Shown: positions 47,575 to 57,662 of the stretch, piece after piece
How the letters are laid out: the number at the start of each line of letters is the position of its first letter
How positions within the stretch are numbered: position 1 is the first letter of the stretch
Source of the DNA: an uncultured Armatimonadia bacterium
Lineage (GTDB): Bacteria; Armatimonadota; Zipacnadia; Zipacnadales; VGFC01
Direction of reading: 5' to 3'
Length of the DNA: 64,000 nucleotides
Assembly: GCA_964555935.1 (NCBI GenBank)
Contig: CAZKUN010000013.1
Location: 4,539 to 68,538, forward strand
Program-made: the position numbers and the translations under genes
The notes under the pieces: model-generated
What the model was told of the DNA's origin: nothing
The model's input: only the letters and a program-made list of their open reading frames with translations
Databases searched by the model: none

Positions 47575-48303
47575 CTACACCAGCCACCAGTGGCCGGGCT
47601 CGAGTTTCTCGATGTTGAAGTTGCGCTGGTCCTCGGGAAGCGATTCGAGCAGCTCGCGGGCCTTCGCGCCGATCGCGGCGGAGGCCAGTTCGGCGTTGCG
47701 CATTCCGACCTCGGGCGTAGCGTGCTCGCGCGGGTCCATGCCGCCGATTCCGTGGGGGGCCGACATGTCGAAGACGATTTCCTCGCCGTCGAGCGTCGAC
47801 ATGTCGACGGTGTCGGGATAGAAGAACATCATGTTGGATGTCTCCCACTTGGCCGCGTGATCGCTGTTGGACTCCTCGCCCTGGCTGAGCGTCATCTCCC
47901 ACAGTCCGACCCCGGCGCACGTGCTGTCTGCCGTGACCGGTTCGAGAGCGTTCTCGATCATCTCGATCTGCTCTTTAACGTTGTGTCCCGACACGCCGAT
48001 GATGACCCGGAATCCCGTCTTCTTGAGCTGGTCGAAGAGGTTGGTGATGCTGGGGACGAGGTGCTCCTGATCGAAACCGGCGTGGAAGAACACCGGCGGG
48101 TACACGACGCCGCCAAACTGCTCGGCACACTTGACGAGAATCGCGTGAGCCTTGATCGCGTCGTTGCCGAGCGGCAGATGAGTCCCATGCCACTCGATCA
48201 GACCGAATGGGACGTAAACGACGGGGAATTCGCGGGCGGCGGCCTCGAGTTGGCCGGGCCGCATGAACTGCATCTGCACGTCGGGCGAGAGCGTGTTGTC
48301 CAT
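47575..48303 (-). CDS. Creatininase/creatinine-amidohydrolase-family protein (MftE/ArfB-like amidase)
   Basis: PVVYVPFGLIEWHGTHLPLGNDAIKA matches the family metal-binding N-terminus (..G..EqHGpHLPlgtD). The start is reassigned to the ATG at 48303 with a GGAGGTG RBS. The upstream part of the track ORF is low-complexity shadow. Confidence 0.75.
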   Translation of the reverse strand: MDNTLSPDVQMQFMRPGQLEAAAREFPVVYVPFGLIEWHGTHLPLGNDAIKAHAILVKCAEQFGGVVYPPVFFHAGFDQEHLVPSITNLFDQLKKTGFRVIIGVSGHNVKEQIEMIENALEPVTADSTCAGVGLWEMTLSQGEESNSDHAAKWETSNMMFFYPDTVDMSTLDGEEIVFDMSAPHGIGGMDPREHATPEVGMRNAELASAAIGAKARELLESLPEDQRNFNIEKLEPGHWWLV

Positions 48304-48415
48304 TGGTCGGCACCTCCGTGGTGGGTGAGTGCTTCGCCCATCATCCGGGCGGACACCTTCTCCGTTGCGGTCCGAGCCGGCGGGTGTTAGTGTATGGGTG
48401 AGGAGGCGTTTGCCG

Positions 48416-50228
48416 ATGATTCCGCTCATTGCCCTCGCGCTGCTACCCGTGGCGTTGCCTGCCGCTGAGCTTCCCCTGCCGCCCGGCGACACGATCTCGG
48501 GGCCGTGGGTTGTGAAGCTGTTCCTGGATGATGGCGATCCGACAAGCCTTGGGGAAGCGGCGATTATCCAACTGGGTGACGACGCGGAGGTCGGTCGGAC
48601 GCTTACTATCGGGCCGTGGTGGCGGGGCAACTGGTCAGCACGCGTCCAGCATGTCGAGAACCTCCCAGTTGAGCCGATCGTCGCGCGCGGGATGTACAGA
48701 ACCGATGGCCTGCTCGCGCTCATGGCGGGCGGGAGGGTGGAGTATTTCGACACCGCCGGCAAGCGCGTCGGCATGATGCCGTTCGCGCTGGCCGCCGAGG
48801 ATGAATGGACGCCGTTCGCTTTCAGGATCGACAAGTTCCCGCCAGGCGCAGAGAGCATGCAGCTCGCCTTCGGACTGCGGACCCACACCTCGGGGCGGGT
48901 GCAGTTCGCCAGACTCGGATACGACGCCGCGGGCCCGCATCCCCTGTCCGGCATGGCCGGCCCGGTCATCACGCGGCCTCGCCCGCCAGTCGGTTCTGAG
49001 GCCACCGGGTTCTTCCGCGTGGAGAAGACGGATGGCTCGTGGTGGCTGGTCGATCCCGATGGGCGCCCGTTCTACTCGTTGGCAACCGACCCACCTTCCC
49101 CCCCGTTCGGACGATGACCTCATCGCGAACTGCAGTCGGTATGTCGATCAACTGCGCGGTTGGGGTTTCACGGGGATCGCCGGCTGGGCGAGCGCGACGA
49201 CGTACGCGAAGCACAATGATGTGATGCTCGAACAGGGCAAGCCCACGTTCGCGCTTTTCAAGGTCATCAACTTCCACGACGCCGGCAAGTACGGCGAGTT
49301 CGACATGCTGACCGATCGCGATGGCAACCAGAAGTCCGGCGAGCACGGTTTCCCGGATCCGTTCGACCCGCGCTTCGAGGTGACGGCCTACAAGAAAGCT
49401 GCGGCGACGGTGGAGTCGCTGGCGGACCGGCGGGACGTCATCGCATGGTTCGTCGATAACGAAATGAGCTTCAGCGAGTTGTATCGGTACGTCTGGAGCG
49501 AGCACTGTGGCGAGGCGCTCTTGAAGCACTTGCGGGGGAAGTATGAGACGATCGGAGCCCTCAACGAGCGATGGGGAGCGGGGTTTGCGGATTGGGATGC
49601 GTTACGGGCTCAGAGGCCCGCGCCCCTCATGCCCAAGGGGCCGATGTATGATGACCTTGTGGCCTTCGAGCGCGTCCTGGTGAAACGGTATGTCGATATC
49701 AGCATCGCGGCGATCCGCGCGGTCGACGCGAACCACCTCATCGCCTCGAACCGGTTTAACATGGGCGGCCATGAGGCGTGGATGCGGACCATCGACCTCG
49801 CCTCGGCCTATGACATCGTGGCGTGCAACTTGTATCCCTCGAACCAGGAGCCGGGCGTGGGGAGGGCGGGCTTGCAGGTGCTGCGCGAGGTCGCGAGACG
49901 GACCGGCCGTCCGATGATCATGGGTGAGTGGAGCGTTCCGGCGATGGACAGCGGGCTGTATGAGATGCGCAAGGCGAAGCTGGACTGGTCATTCCCGCAG
50001 ACCGTGCCGACGCAGGAGATCCGCGCCGCGCAGGCCGCTCGGATCGCGGCTGATTACTTCAACGAGCCCTACATGGTCGGCGCGCACTGGTTCATCTATC
50101 GAGACTTCGACAGCGAGAAGCGCGAGGCGAACCGTGGCTTGGTCAGGAGCGACGGCGCGCCATACGAAGCGCTGACGGAAGCGCTGACCGACGTTCACGC
50201 GTCGATCGCTGACCACATCTCGCGGTAG
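48416..50228 (+). pseudogene. Secreted clan GH-A-like glycoside hydrolase interrupted by a frameshift at a C7 run (49098..49104); two ORF pieces 48416..49117 and ~49100..50228
   Basis: Signal peptide MIPLIALALLPVALPAAELP. The coding sense continues across frames (…FFRVEKTDGSWWLVDPDGRPFYSLATD | PPSP… then …DDDLIANCSRYVDQLRGWGFTGIAGW…). The C-terminal piece carries a GH-A-like motif GAHWFIYRDF…NRGLV. Confidence 0.65.
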
Positions 50229-51454
50229 ACTTGCGATCCGAACGCCTTGAAATCCTCAAGCAGCATGAACATCCCGCCGCCGATGAGCCGGCCGCCGGAG
50301 GCCATGTGATCGAGCATGGCGCGGCGGAGGCTGGTGTCGCGCGGGGCGGATTCCATGTCGACATCCTCGTCGACGCCGAATACGAAGTAGACCCCCGAAC
50401 GGTCGCCTGAGGGAATCGGGAAGAGGTACAGCTCGTTCTGCCAGAGGACCATGTTTGAGTCCGGGCGGTACCACTGGGTGATCTCCGGATTCAGAATCCA
50501 AGAGCCGCACGCGAAGCCGACGAATCGCTGTTTGGGGAAGTAGTGCGGGAAGAACTCCAGCGCCCGCCGCATAGACTCGTGGCAGGCTTCGGGCGTCATG
50601 TTGCCGCCGGCGGGGATGTGCATCTCGAGGATGTAGTCGCCGGGCGACAGGGCGAGTTCCCATTCGTCGAGAGACAGCGTTACCTCGCGGTGTGCGGCTT
50701 GCCCGGATGGGGAGATGGGGTAGCCGGTGACGCTGCCCTCGCTCTCGGTCAGGCCGGCGACCCAAGTGTCGGCCCCGTCAGGCCGCGCGACGAAGCCATC
50801 GGGCGCGTATCGGTAACCGTCAGCGGCCAGCGCGATGACGTTGCGCGTCTCGCGGTGGCGGTAGGCTTTCAGTCCTCCGTGGAAGGGTTTTAGCATGTAC
50901 TCGTGTCGCCCAAGCCGGTAGAGAATACCCCTGACGTGGTTGCGGAGCCAGTAGAGCGTCCGCGGCGAGACGCCCCAGTGGCCATCGTGTTGGTCGCGAT
51001 AGATGCGCGTGGACTCGGGGTAGTGGCTGAACGTGTCGCGGCTGACTTGTCGGGGGATTCCGAGCGGCTCGTGGGTGGCCAGCATCCGCGGGACGGCCTC
51101 CAGCCCGATCAACAGGTAGAACGCGCCCGACAGGTCGCCAAGGGCGCCGGTGAGTACGGGCCACTGGCCGAGGTTCTGCGCCTCGTAATCGAGGTGCTCG
51201 TAGACGAGACGGTGGCAGTGCCAGGCGAGATGCACGAGCGCCGGCGACTCGGCGATCAGGCGCGCTGCCTGGTGTAGCTCCGCGTCGGCGTCGGCCGGAA
51301 GACCCCCAAACTCGCGAGTATTGGTGATCATCTCAGGGCGCAGGAATCGCGGAAGCTCGTCCGGGAAGGACGCCTCGGATTCGTCCCAGTGGTCCTCGAA
51401 CAGAGGCTTGGAGTCTGTGATGTTGAGTTCGGATAGAACGTCAGTGAGGGTCAT
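50195..51454 (-). CDS. Conserved hypothetical protein (419 aa, cytoplasmic)
   Basis: A long ORF on the strand opposite to its neighbours, with no overlap problems. No family recognised from sequence. Confidence 0.55.
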   Translation of the reverse strand: MTLTDVLSELNITDSKPLFEDHWDESEASFPDELPRFLRPEMITNTREFGGLPADADAELHQAARLIAESPALVHLAWHCHRLVYEHLDYEAQNLGQWPVLTGALGDLSGAFYLLIGLEAVPRMLATHEPLGIPRQVSRDTFSHYPESTRIYRDQHDGHWGVSPRTLYWLRNHVRGILYRLGRHEYMLKPFHGGLKAYRHRETRNVIALAADGYRYAPDGFVARPDGADTWVAGLTESEGSVTGYPISPSGQAAHREVTLSLDEWELALSPGDYILEMHIPAGGNMTPEACHESMRRALEFFPHYFPKQRFVGFACGSWILNPEITQWYRPDSNMVLWQNELYLFPIPSGDRSGVYFVFGVDEDVDMESAPRDTSLRRAMLDHMASGGRLIGGGMFMLLEDFKAFGSQVYREMWSAIDA

Positions 51455-51480
51455 GTGGTCGCCCTCCCGGGCGAACGGCG

Positions 51481-51543
51481 TCGGATCAGGAGATCCGACC
51501 TACGAACGGCGTCGGGGTCGAAACCCCTCCTACAACGGCGGCG
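51481..51543 (+). repeat. Tandem pair of dispersed hairpin repeats: ggatc-agga-gatcc + cctacgaacggcg, then ggggtcgaaacccc + tcctacaacggcggcg
   Basis: Read directly. It lies in the divergent intergenic region between 50195..51454(-) and 51640..(+). Confidence 0.75.
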
Positions 51544-51639
51544 TTTCTCCGCAGCGGTTGCGATGCCCTTGGGGAAAGGTGCGGCGGTGACATACAGCCA
51601 ACAGCCAGAGACCGAACGTTCGTATTGGGGAGGCCTCGG

Positions 51640-53706
51640 ATGGTTGCTCACCATTGGTTGCTCGTGCTGGCGCTCGCGCTGCTTGCCGCTAGCGGCAGCG
51701 CGGCCGAACCGCGGCGCGACGTGTTTGTCGACTGCAAGGCTGAACCGGGCGGCGATGGTAGCCGCGAGCTTCCGTACGCCACAGTCCAGGAGATGGTCGA
51801 CCAGCACGACGCGGACTGGGGCCAGGTCTTCCTGCAGCCCGGCACGTATCGCGAGGATGTCAACATCCACCGGGGGCGCTTCTGGTTCTTCCCCGCTCAG
51901 CAGTATGGCGTGCATATCGAGGGCTCGATGACCGTGCGGATGCCCGGCACGAAGATCCGCGGGATGATCCTCCGCTCCGAGGGCAGCGCGATCGTGCTGG
52001 CGGATGGCGCGAGCGGGTGCGAGGTTCAGCACTGTCGCATTGAGGCCGTCGGCGAAGGCGGCGCGGGGATCGAGATTGCGGGCAGCGACGTATCGGGCTG
52101 CTTGATTAACGGGAACGTGGTTGAGCTGGTCGAGGGCGGCGGCCGAGCGGGGATTCGCGTGGCCGTGCAGACGGGAGTCACCAGCAACCACATCGACCAT
52201 AACAAGATCGCCGGGTGCGAAGAGGGCATCGCTCTGCTCGCCGACGGCGGCACGGAGGATCAGGTCAACGTCGTCACGAGCAACCGGCTGTATGGGTGTG
52301 GGATCAGTGTTGAGCCCGAAGCCGGGGAGGTGACAGTCGCGTGGAACGAGATCGATGGGGAGCTGGACGCGGATCTCTACGCGGAGGCGACGGCGCAGCC
52401 TCACGAGCCTCGCACGGTCCGCGTGGCGTCCGACGATGAGCTGTCAGCGGCCGTCGCGGAATTGGGCCCCGGTGATGAAGTCATCCTGGCCGACGGCGAG
52501 TATGCCGAGACGCTGGAGATCCGCGCGGTGGGGACGCCGAAGGCGCGGATCACGATTCGAGCCGCGAATCCGCTGGGGGCGGTCGTGCGTGGCGCGGCAT
52601 GGACGCTGAGGCATGCGGCCTACGTGCGGATCGAGGGGCTTAGCTTCGTTGACGTGCCGGGCTCGGCCGTCATTTTGGGGGCCTACGCGCAGCACTGCGA
52701 GGTGGCCGACTGCCGGATATCCCGCGAGGCCGAGGGTGGGGGAGGGGCGATATCGGTCTCGGGGCCGTCCGCCAGCCACAACGTCTTCTGGGGCAACACG
52801 ATTCGCCTGAACCACGGCGGCGTCGGTATCCAGATCACCTGTCAGCGCTGGAACTGGCATCTCACGATGAGCGCCAATGACATCTCAGGATGCTACTATG
52901 GCATTCAGACTGGAGCCGGCTCGTACCCGACCGCTCCGCCGGGGTACCACCGCATCGAGGGCAACGAGTTGCACCACAACTGGAAAGAGGGCTTCCACAG
53001 CAAGACGACCGACAACATCATCCGCGGGAACCACGTGCATAACAACGATAGCTGCGGGATGACCACGCGCTACGGCTCGCGGAACGTGTTCGAGGGCAAC
53101 TGGATACACAGCAACAGCCGGGGAATGCGGCTGCACAGCAAGAGCCACTTCGTGGTGAACAACGTCATCTTCAACAACGGCGGGGATGGGATCTACCTCG
53201 GTTCGTGGCCCGGCGACAAGGAGGGCGAGTACCCTTACAGCTTCGAGCCCTACTACGAGCCGCCGCATGAGGTGTGGATTGCGAATAACACGATCGCCCA
53301 TAACAGCGGCGCGCCGATCTTCGCGGACAACGGGACGCAGGTGATGGCGCTTCGGAACATCCTGGTGGGCACGGGTGAAGACGCGCCGGGCGTGAAGTTC
53401 GCCGTCGGCGGCGTCGCGCGCCAGGTTGAGCAGAATCTGTATTGGCAGTGTCGCCCGCCGCTGCTGCGCGAGTACGAGGGCGGCGAATACGATGTTCTGG
53501 CGGATCCGCTGTTCGTGGATCCCGAGAACGGTGACTACCGCGCCGACCGCGACGGCCCGGCGTGGGATGTGTCCGCGATCGGCGACGCGTTTTGGGAGAT
53601 GCTGAGACTCAGCGTGCCGATGGCGGAGGCGCCGCCCAAGGAGCATATTGGCGCGCACTTGGGCCCGCCACCGGCGAGTCTCGCCGGTAAGGAGTCGGAC
53701 GAATGA
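51640..53706 (+). CDS. Secreted right-handed parallel beta-helix repeat protein (two pectin-lyase-fold modules)
   Basis: Signal peptide MVAHHWLLVLALALLAASGSAAEP. Repeated asparagine-ladder motifs (IRGNHVHNN, EGNWIHSN, VVNNVIFNN). The start at 51640 is preferred. Confidence 0.8.
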   Translation: MVAHHWLLVLALALLAASGSAAEPRRDVFVDCKAEPGGDGSRELPYATVQEMVDQHDADWGQVFLQPGTYREDVNIHRGRFWFFPAQQYGVHIEGSMTVRMPGTKIRGMILRSEGSAIVLADGASGCEVQHCRIEAVGEGGAGIEIAGSDVSGCLINGNVVELVEGGGRAGIRVAVQTGVTSNHIDHNKIAGCEEGIALLADGGTEDQVNVVTSNRLYGCGISVEPEAGEVTVAWNEIDGELDADLYAEATAQPHEPRTVRVASDDELSAAVAELGPGDEVILADGEYAETLEIRAVGTPKARITIRAANPLGAVVRGAAWTLRHAAYVRIEGLSFVDVPGSAVILGAYAQHCEVADCRISREAEGGGGAISVSGPSASHNVFWGNTIRLNHGGVGIQITCQRWNWHLTMSANDISGCYYGIQTGAGSYPTAPPGYHRIEGNELHHNWKEGFHSKTTDNIIRGNHVHNNDSCGMTTRYGSRNVFEGNWIHSNSRGMRLHSKSHFVVNNVIFNNGGDGIYLGSWPGDKEGEYPYSFEPYYEPPHEVWIANNTIAHNSGAPIFADNGTQVMALRNILVGTGEDAPGVKFAVGGVARQVEQNLYWQCRPPLLREYEGGEYDVLADPLFVDPENGDYRADRDGPAWDVSAIGDAFWEMLRLSVPMAEAPPKEHIGAHLGPPPASLAGKESDE

Positions 53707-56700
53707 TCGGGACCTGTCTGATTGCGTTGGTGGCGGGAGGGACAGTCGTGAATAGCCAGGAGTGGGACGAGCGACGGCAGCGAGACGAGGCGCTGTACGA
53801 GAGCCTGACGATCACGGCCGACGAGCTTCGGCCTGCCGCCGCGCGGACGGAGATCGTCGTCGACGGAGAGCCACGGGCGGTGATCTGTCACGCGGATTCG
53901 CCGGCGTGGTTTGAGGCGGCGACGGCGGCTCAGGAAGCGGTGCGGGACGCGACCGGCGTGGAGCTTCCGATGGTGACTGACCAGGAGCTGGGCGAGGACG
54001 ACCGCAATGTCATCTTGCTGGGGACCCTCGATAACAATAGCGTCGTCGCGCGGCTGTACCACAACTACTATGTCTGCCTGGACGCTGGCTACACCGGGCG
54101 AAACGGCTACGTGCTTCGCTCGGTCATCGATCCGTGGGGCGATGGGCGCGACACCATTCTTGTTGGAGGCTCGCACGCTGAGAGCACAGCCAGGGCGGCC
54201 GAGGTTTTCGGGGACATCGTAGCGCGTGAGGCTGCGCGAGCGGCTGAGGAGCTTGGGGAGATCGTGGCGGGCGAGGCCGAAAGGGATGCGCTCGAGTTGC
54301 CCCGGCTGATGGAACTGGAGTTCGATGCTCAGGACCGAGTTGAGCCCGCACGCGGGCCCGTGAAGCCGGAGGAGCGCGACAGCGCAATCGCCCGGGGACG
54401 CGAGTATTTCGCGAGCGCCGGGCGAGGGCGAAACGGGACATCCCAGCTCGTGAGATGGGGCGTGAGATACCATCGGACGGGTGACCCGCTGGCGCTTGAG
54501 GCCTACCGCGAGTTGATGCTGGCGATGCTGGAGTACTATGCCACGGACGAGACCATCAACGAGCAGGGAATGCGCCGGTATGACAACGACTTCCGCGATG
54601 CGTCGACCTTCACCGTCGCGATTACGTGGGACCTCGTTGAGGAGAGCGGCGCCTTCACGGATCAAGAGCGGCTCGACATCACCAACCTGATGATCCGGCT
54701 GGCGTTGGAGTGCGAGCTATACCAGGGCTGGGACCGGCCTGACAGCTACGAGAAGTGGAGCGCGAACGAAGACATCGTCCACAACCACAACACGTTCCCT
54801 GCGCTGGGCGCTTACTTTCTGGGCAACTACATGCTGCGTCACTATGGCCTCGCTCATGCCGAGAAGTGGCTGACCGTGGCGCATGGGATTTTCAACGGGC
54901 AGAAGCATGTCAGCAAGCCGCTGGAGGATGCGGCGGCGTACCAGTGGCTGCCGATTATCCACACGATGATCTACTCGTTGGCTGAGGGGGACACGACGTT
55001 CTTTGATGAGGGCCACGCCCGCGAGGCGGCCCAGGTCGCCATGATGGTGATGGACAACGCGGGATATCAGTCGGCGTTTGGCGATCACTCGGCGTACAAG
55101 GCGAGTTCGGGTATCAGTCAGATGCTGAAGCCGATTGCCTGGCATTACAAGGACCCCGAAATCCTGTGGATGGCGGGTCACGCAGCGGTCGAGGGCAGCT
55201 ACCTGCTCGGTCAGCGCTATAATGCGGACTTTGAGCCAGAGCCGCCGACATCGCACGCGGGGGTAACGGTCTCGAAGCTGCCGAAGCTGTGCTACGACTA
55301 CGCGGCGCGCAGCCCTCAGTACCCCACGGCGCCAAACGTCCCGTGGGAGGCGACCTTCGATAAGATCGCGCTGCGGGGCGGGATCGAGCGTGATGACGAG
55401 TACCTGTTGCTCGATGGATTTGGGCGCGGGACGCACATGCACTTCGACACCAACGCGATCATTCGCTATGCCGCCGGTGGCGAGCCGCTGCTGGTGGATG
55501 GCGAGTACATCAAGAACGCGCCGAAGTACCACAACTCGATGGTCATCATCCGCGACGGGCGCGCGGAGCTGACCCCGACCGTGGCGCGGCTTGTGGAGGC
55601 GAAGGGGGATGGCGGAACGGCCCACACGCGGAGCACGATCGAGGACTACAACGGGGCCGACTGGACTCGCGAGATCCTGTGGGTGAGGGGCGAGTATTTC
55701 GTGGTGTCCGATCTGATTACGGCTCGCGAGGCGGGAGACTACACGCTACGGTGCTGCTGGCGGCCATGGGGCGACACGTCGCTCGACGGGAGCGTGCTGA
55801 CGGTCGACCACAAGCCGATGCGGATGCAGATCGTCAACGCGGACGGGGCGAGTTGCCGCGTCGAGAAACTCAAGACGTCTGAGATGATGCCGATCAGCCG
55901 GCTGAGTCAGCAGGTGAGCGTGCGGCTGGAGGCCGGTGAGGAGTACCGGTTTGTGAACCTGGTCCATGCTGAGGCGGAGGGTGATGCGGTTGACGTGTCG
56001 ATCGCGCCGGTGGGGGACGGCACCTATGTCGTGACGGGCGCGGGCGGGGCGCAAGTGGTGACGCTGGGTGACAAGGCGGACATCAAGGATGTGGGTGGCG
56101 GCATTGCCGTGGCGCGCGTGCCGGTGGTCGCGCCGCGAGAGGACAAGGAAGGGCCGCCGTCGATGGAGCGCTCGTGGGATTTCACGGGCTTTGAGGCCGC
56201 GCCCGCACTTCTGCGTGTCGAGCGCGTCACGAGCAACGAGCCTCACAGCGGGCGGTACGGGCCGGTTGGGAAGCTCGTCGACGGCGAGTTCAGCTCATCG
56301 ATGAGTTCGGTCATGTGGCCGGCGGGCGTCACGCCGACCATCGTCGCCGAGCTGCCGGAGGAGGCCGAGATCAGCAGCGTCGTGTTGCGCGAGTGGCATA
56401 TGAACGAGGGGTGGGATGTCGGAGACCGTAGACTTCAGATCAGCAGCGACGGCTTCGACCAGGACGTCCGCGGGATCGACGCGCCGTTTGAGGAGGCCGG
56501 GACTCAGAGTTGGGGCGGCAACACGAACTCGATGTATGAGGTGAAGATCGGTCAGAGGGCGCGCCAGATCCGCCTGACTGTCTCGCCGGCGCGCGATGAC
56601 TCGAACGTCTACATCGCGGAGTTGCAGATCCATGGCACGGGTGAGGGCGTGATGCCGGAGATCCGGGCGGTCGCGACGGGCGACCTGACGGGCGACGGCG

Positions 56701-57662
56701 TGGATGAGATCGTGGCGTGCAGCGACTCCGGTGAGGTGGTCGCGCTTACAGCGGCTGGCGAGATGCTCTGGTCGTATCGCCAGACCGAACGCGCGATGCT
56801 GAACGCCCTCGCGTGCGGCGATGTGGATGGCGACGGCAAGGCGGAGGTCATGTTCGGCGGCAACGGGTCGCGGCTCGGGCTGCTATCGAGTGATGGCGAG
56901 TTGCTCTGGACCGCCGAGCCGCCGAAGTTTCGTGGCATTGCGGCTGATGTCATGTGCATCGTCGCGGCGGATGTTGATGGCGACGGCAACGCGGAGGTTG
57001 TCTGTGGATGCAAGAACTGGATGTACTTCGCCTACGATGCCGACGGTTCGATGATCTGGGAGAACGTGATCTACGCCCATTCGGCGACGGTGACGTGCGC
57101 GGATGACTTCGACGGCGACGGGCTGCCGGAGATCATCGGCGGGAACGCATACTACACGCTGAACATCATCGATCATGACGGCGAGCGGATCTACAACGGC
57201 GGGCGCTTCGGCCCGGAGCAGACGGCGGTCGGGTCGGCCGACGTGGACGGTGACGGCGTGCCCGAGATCCTGGTGGGCACGGATGGGGGAGAGCTGATTT
57301 GCTTCGACGGCGACGGGACGAAGCTGTGGGAGACGAACGTCGGCGACAAGGTGACGCGAATCCTGTCGGTTGATGGGCGGATCGTCGTTGCCGCCGAGAG
57401 CGCGCACGTGTTTGCGCTCGATGTGGACGGGTCGCTGCTATGGCGGACACCGCTGCCCGGTGGCGCGTCGGACGCGTGTGTCGTTGACGACTCAAGCATC
57501 CTGGTGACGGCTGGCAGCGCTGGGGTCCTGAGGGTCGATGCGGCGGGCCAGGTGGTTGCCGCGGCAAGGACGTCCGATGCGGCGAAGGCGGTCGTGCTGG
57601 CCGGCGACACGGCAGTCGTGACGACGAGTGGAGGAGCGGCCGAGGGTTTCGCGATCCGCTAA
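53703..57662 (+). CDS. Large multidomain protein: heparinase II/III-like lyase + discoidin/CBM32-like domain + C-terminal FG-GAP beta-propeller
   Basis: Hepar_II_III motif HMHFDTNAIIRYAAGGEPLLVDGEY...HNSMVI. Seven or more DxDGDG repeats in the last ~450 aa. ATGA overlap with the upstream gene. Confidence 0.8.
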   Translation: MIGTCLIALVAGGTVVNSQEWDERRQRDEALYESLTITADELRPAAARTEIVVDGEPRAVICHADSPAWFEAATAAQEAVRDATGVELPMVTDQELGEDDRNVILLGTLDNNSVVARLYHNYYVCLDAGYTGRNGYVLRSVIDPWGDGRDTILVGGSHAESTARAAEVFGDIVAREAARAAEELGEIVAGEAERDALELPRLMELEFDAQDRVEPARGPVKPEERDSAIARGREYFASAGRGRNGTSQLVRWGVRYHRTGDPLALEAYRELMLAMLEYYATDETINEQGMRRYDNDFRDASTFTVAITWDLVEESGAFTDQERLDITNLMIRLALECELYQGWDRPDSYEKWSANEDIVHNHNTFPALGAYFLGNYMLRHYGLAHAEKWLTVAHGIFNGQKHVSKPLEDAAAYQWLPIIHTMIYSLAEGDTTFFDEGHAREAAQVAMMVMDNAGYQSAFGDHSAYKASSGISQMLKPIAWHYKDPEILWMAGHAAVEGSYLLGQRYNADFEPEPPTSHAGVTVSKLPKLCYDYAARSPQYPTAPNVPWEATFDKIALRGGIERDDEYLLLDGFGRGTHMHFDTNAIIRYAAGGEPLLVDGEYIKNAPKYHNSMVIIRDGRAELTPTVARLVEAKGDGGTAHTRSTIEDYNGADWTREILWVRGEYFVVSDLITAREAGDYTLRCCWRPWGDTSLDGSVLTVDHKPMRMQIVNADGASCRVEKLKTSEMMPISRLSQQVSVRLEAGEEYRFVNLVHAEAEGDAVDVSIAPVGDGTYVVTGAGGAQVVTLGDKADIKDVGGGIAVARVPVVAPREDKEGPPSMERSWDFTGFEAAPALLRVERVTSNEPHSGRYGPVGKLVDGEFSSSMSSVMWPAGVTPTIVAELPEEAEISSVVLREWHMNEGWDVGDRRLQISSDGFDQDVRGIDAPFEEAGTQSWGGNTNSMYEVKIGQRARQIRLTVSPARDDSNVYIAELQIHGTGEGVMPEIRAVATGDLTGDGVDEIVACSDSGEVVALTAAGEMLWSYRQTERAMLNALACGDVDGDGKAEVMFGGNGSRLGLLSSDGELLWTAEPPKFRGIAADVMCIVAADVDGDGNAEVVCGCKNWMYFAYDADGSMIWENVIYAHSATVTCADDFDGDGLPEIIGGNAYYTLNIIDHDGERIYNGGRFGPEQTAVGSADVDGDGVPEILVGTDGGELICFDGDGTKLWETNVGDKVTRILSVDGRIVVAAESAHVFALDVDGSLLWRTPLPGGASDACVVDDSSILVTAGSAGVLRVDAAGQVVAAARTSDAAKAVVLAGDTAVVTTSGGAAEGFAIR

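Noticed and set aside
47563-48390. 275-aa plus-strand ORF, and the N-terminal 230 aa of minus ORF 47575..49005
   Set aside because: The plus ORF is antisense to the creatininase-family gene. The upstream extension of the minus ORF is Ser/Pro/Arg-rich shadow of the plus-strand GH gene. The internal ATG at 48303 with an RBS gives a canonical creatininase N-terminus.
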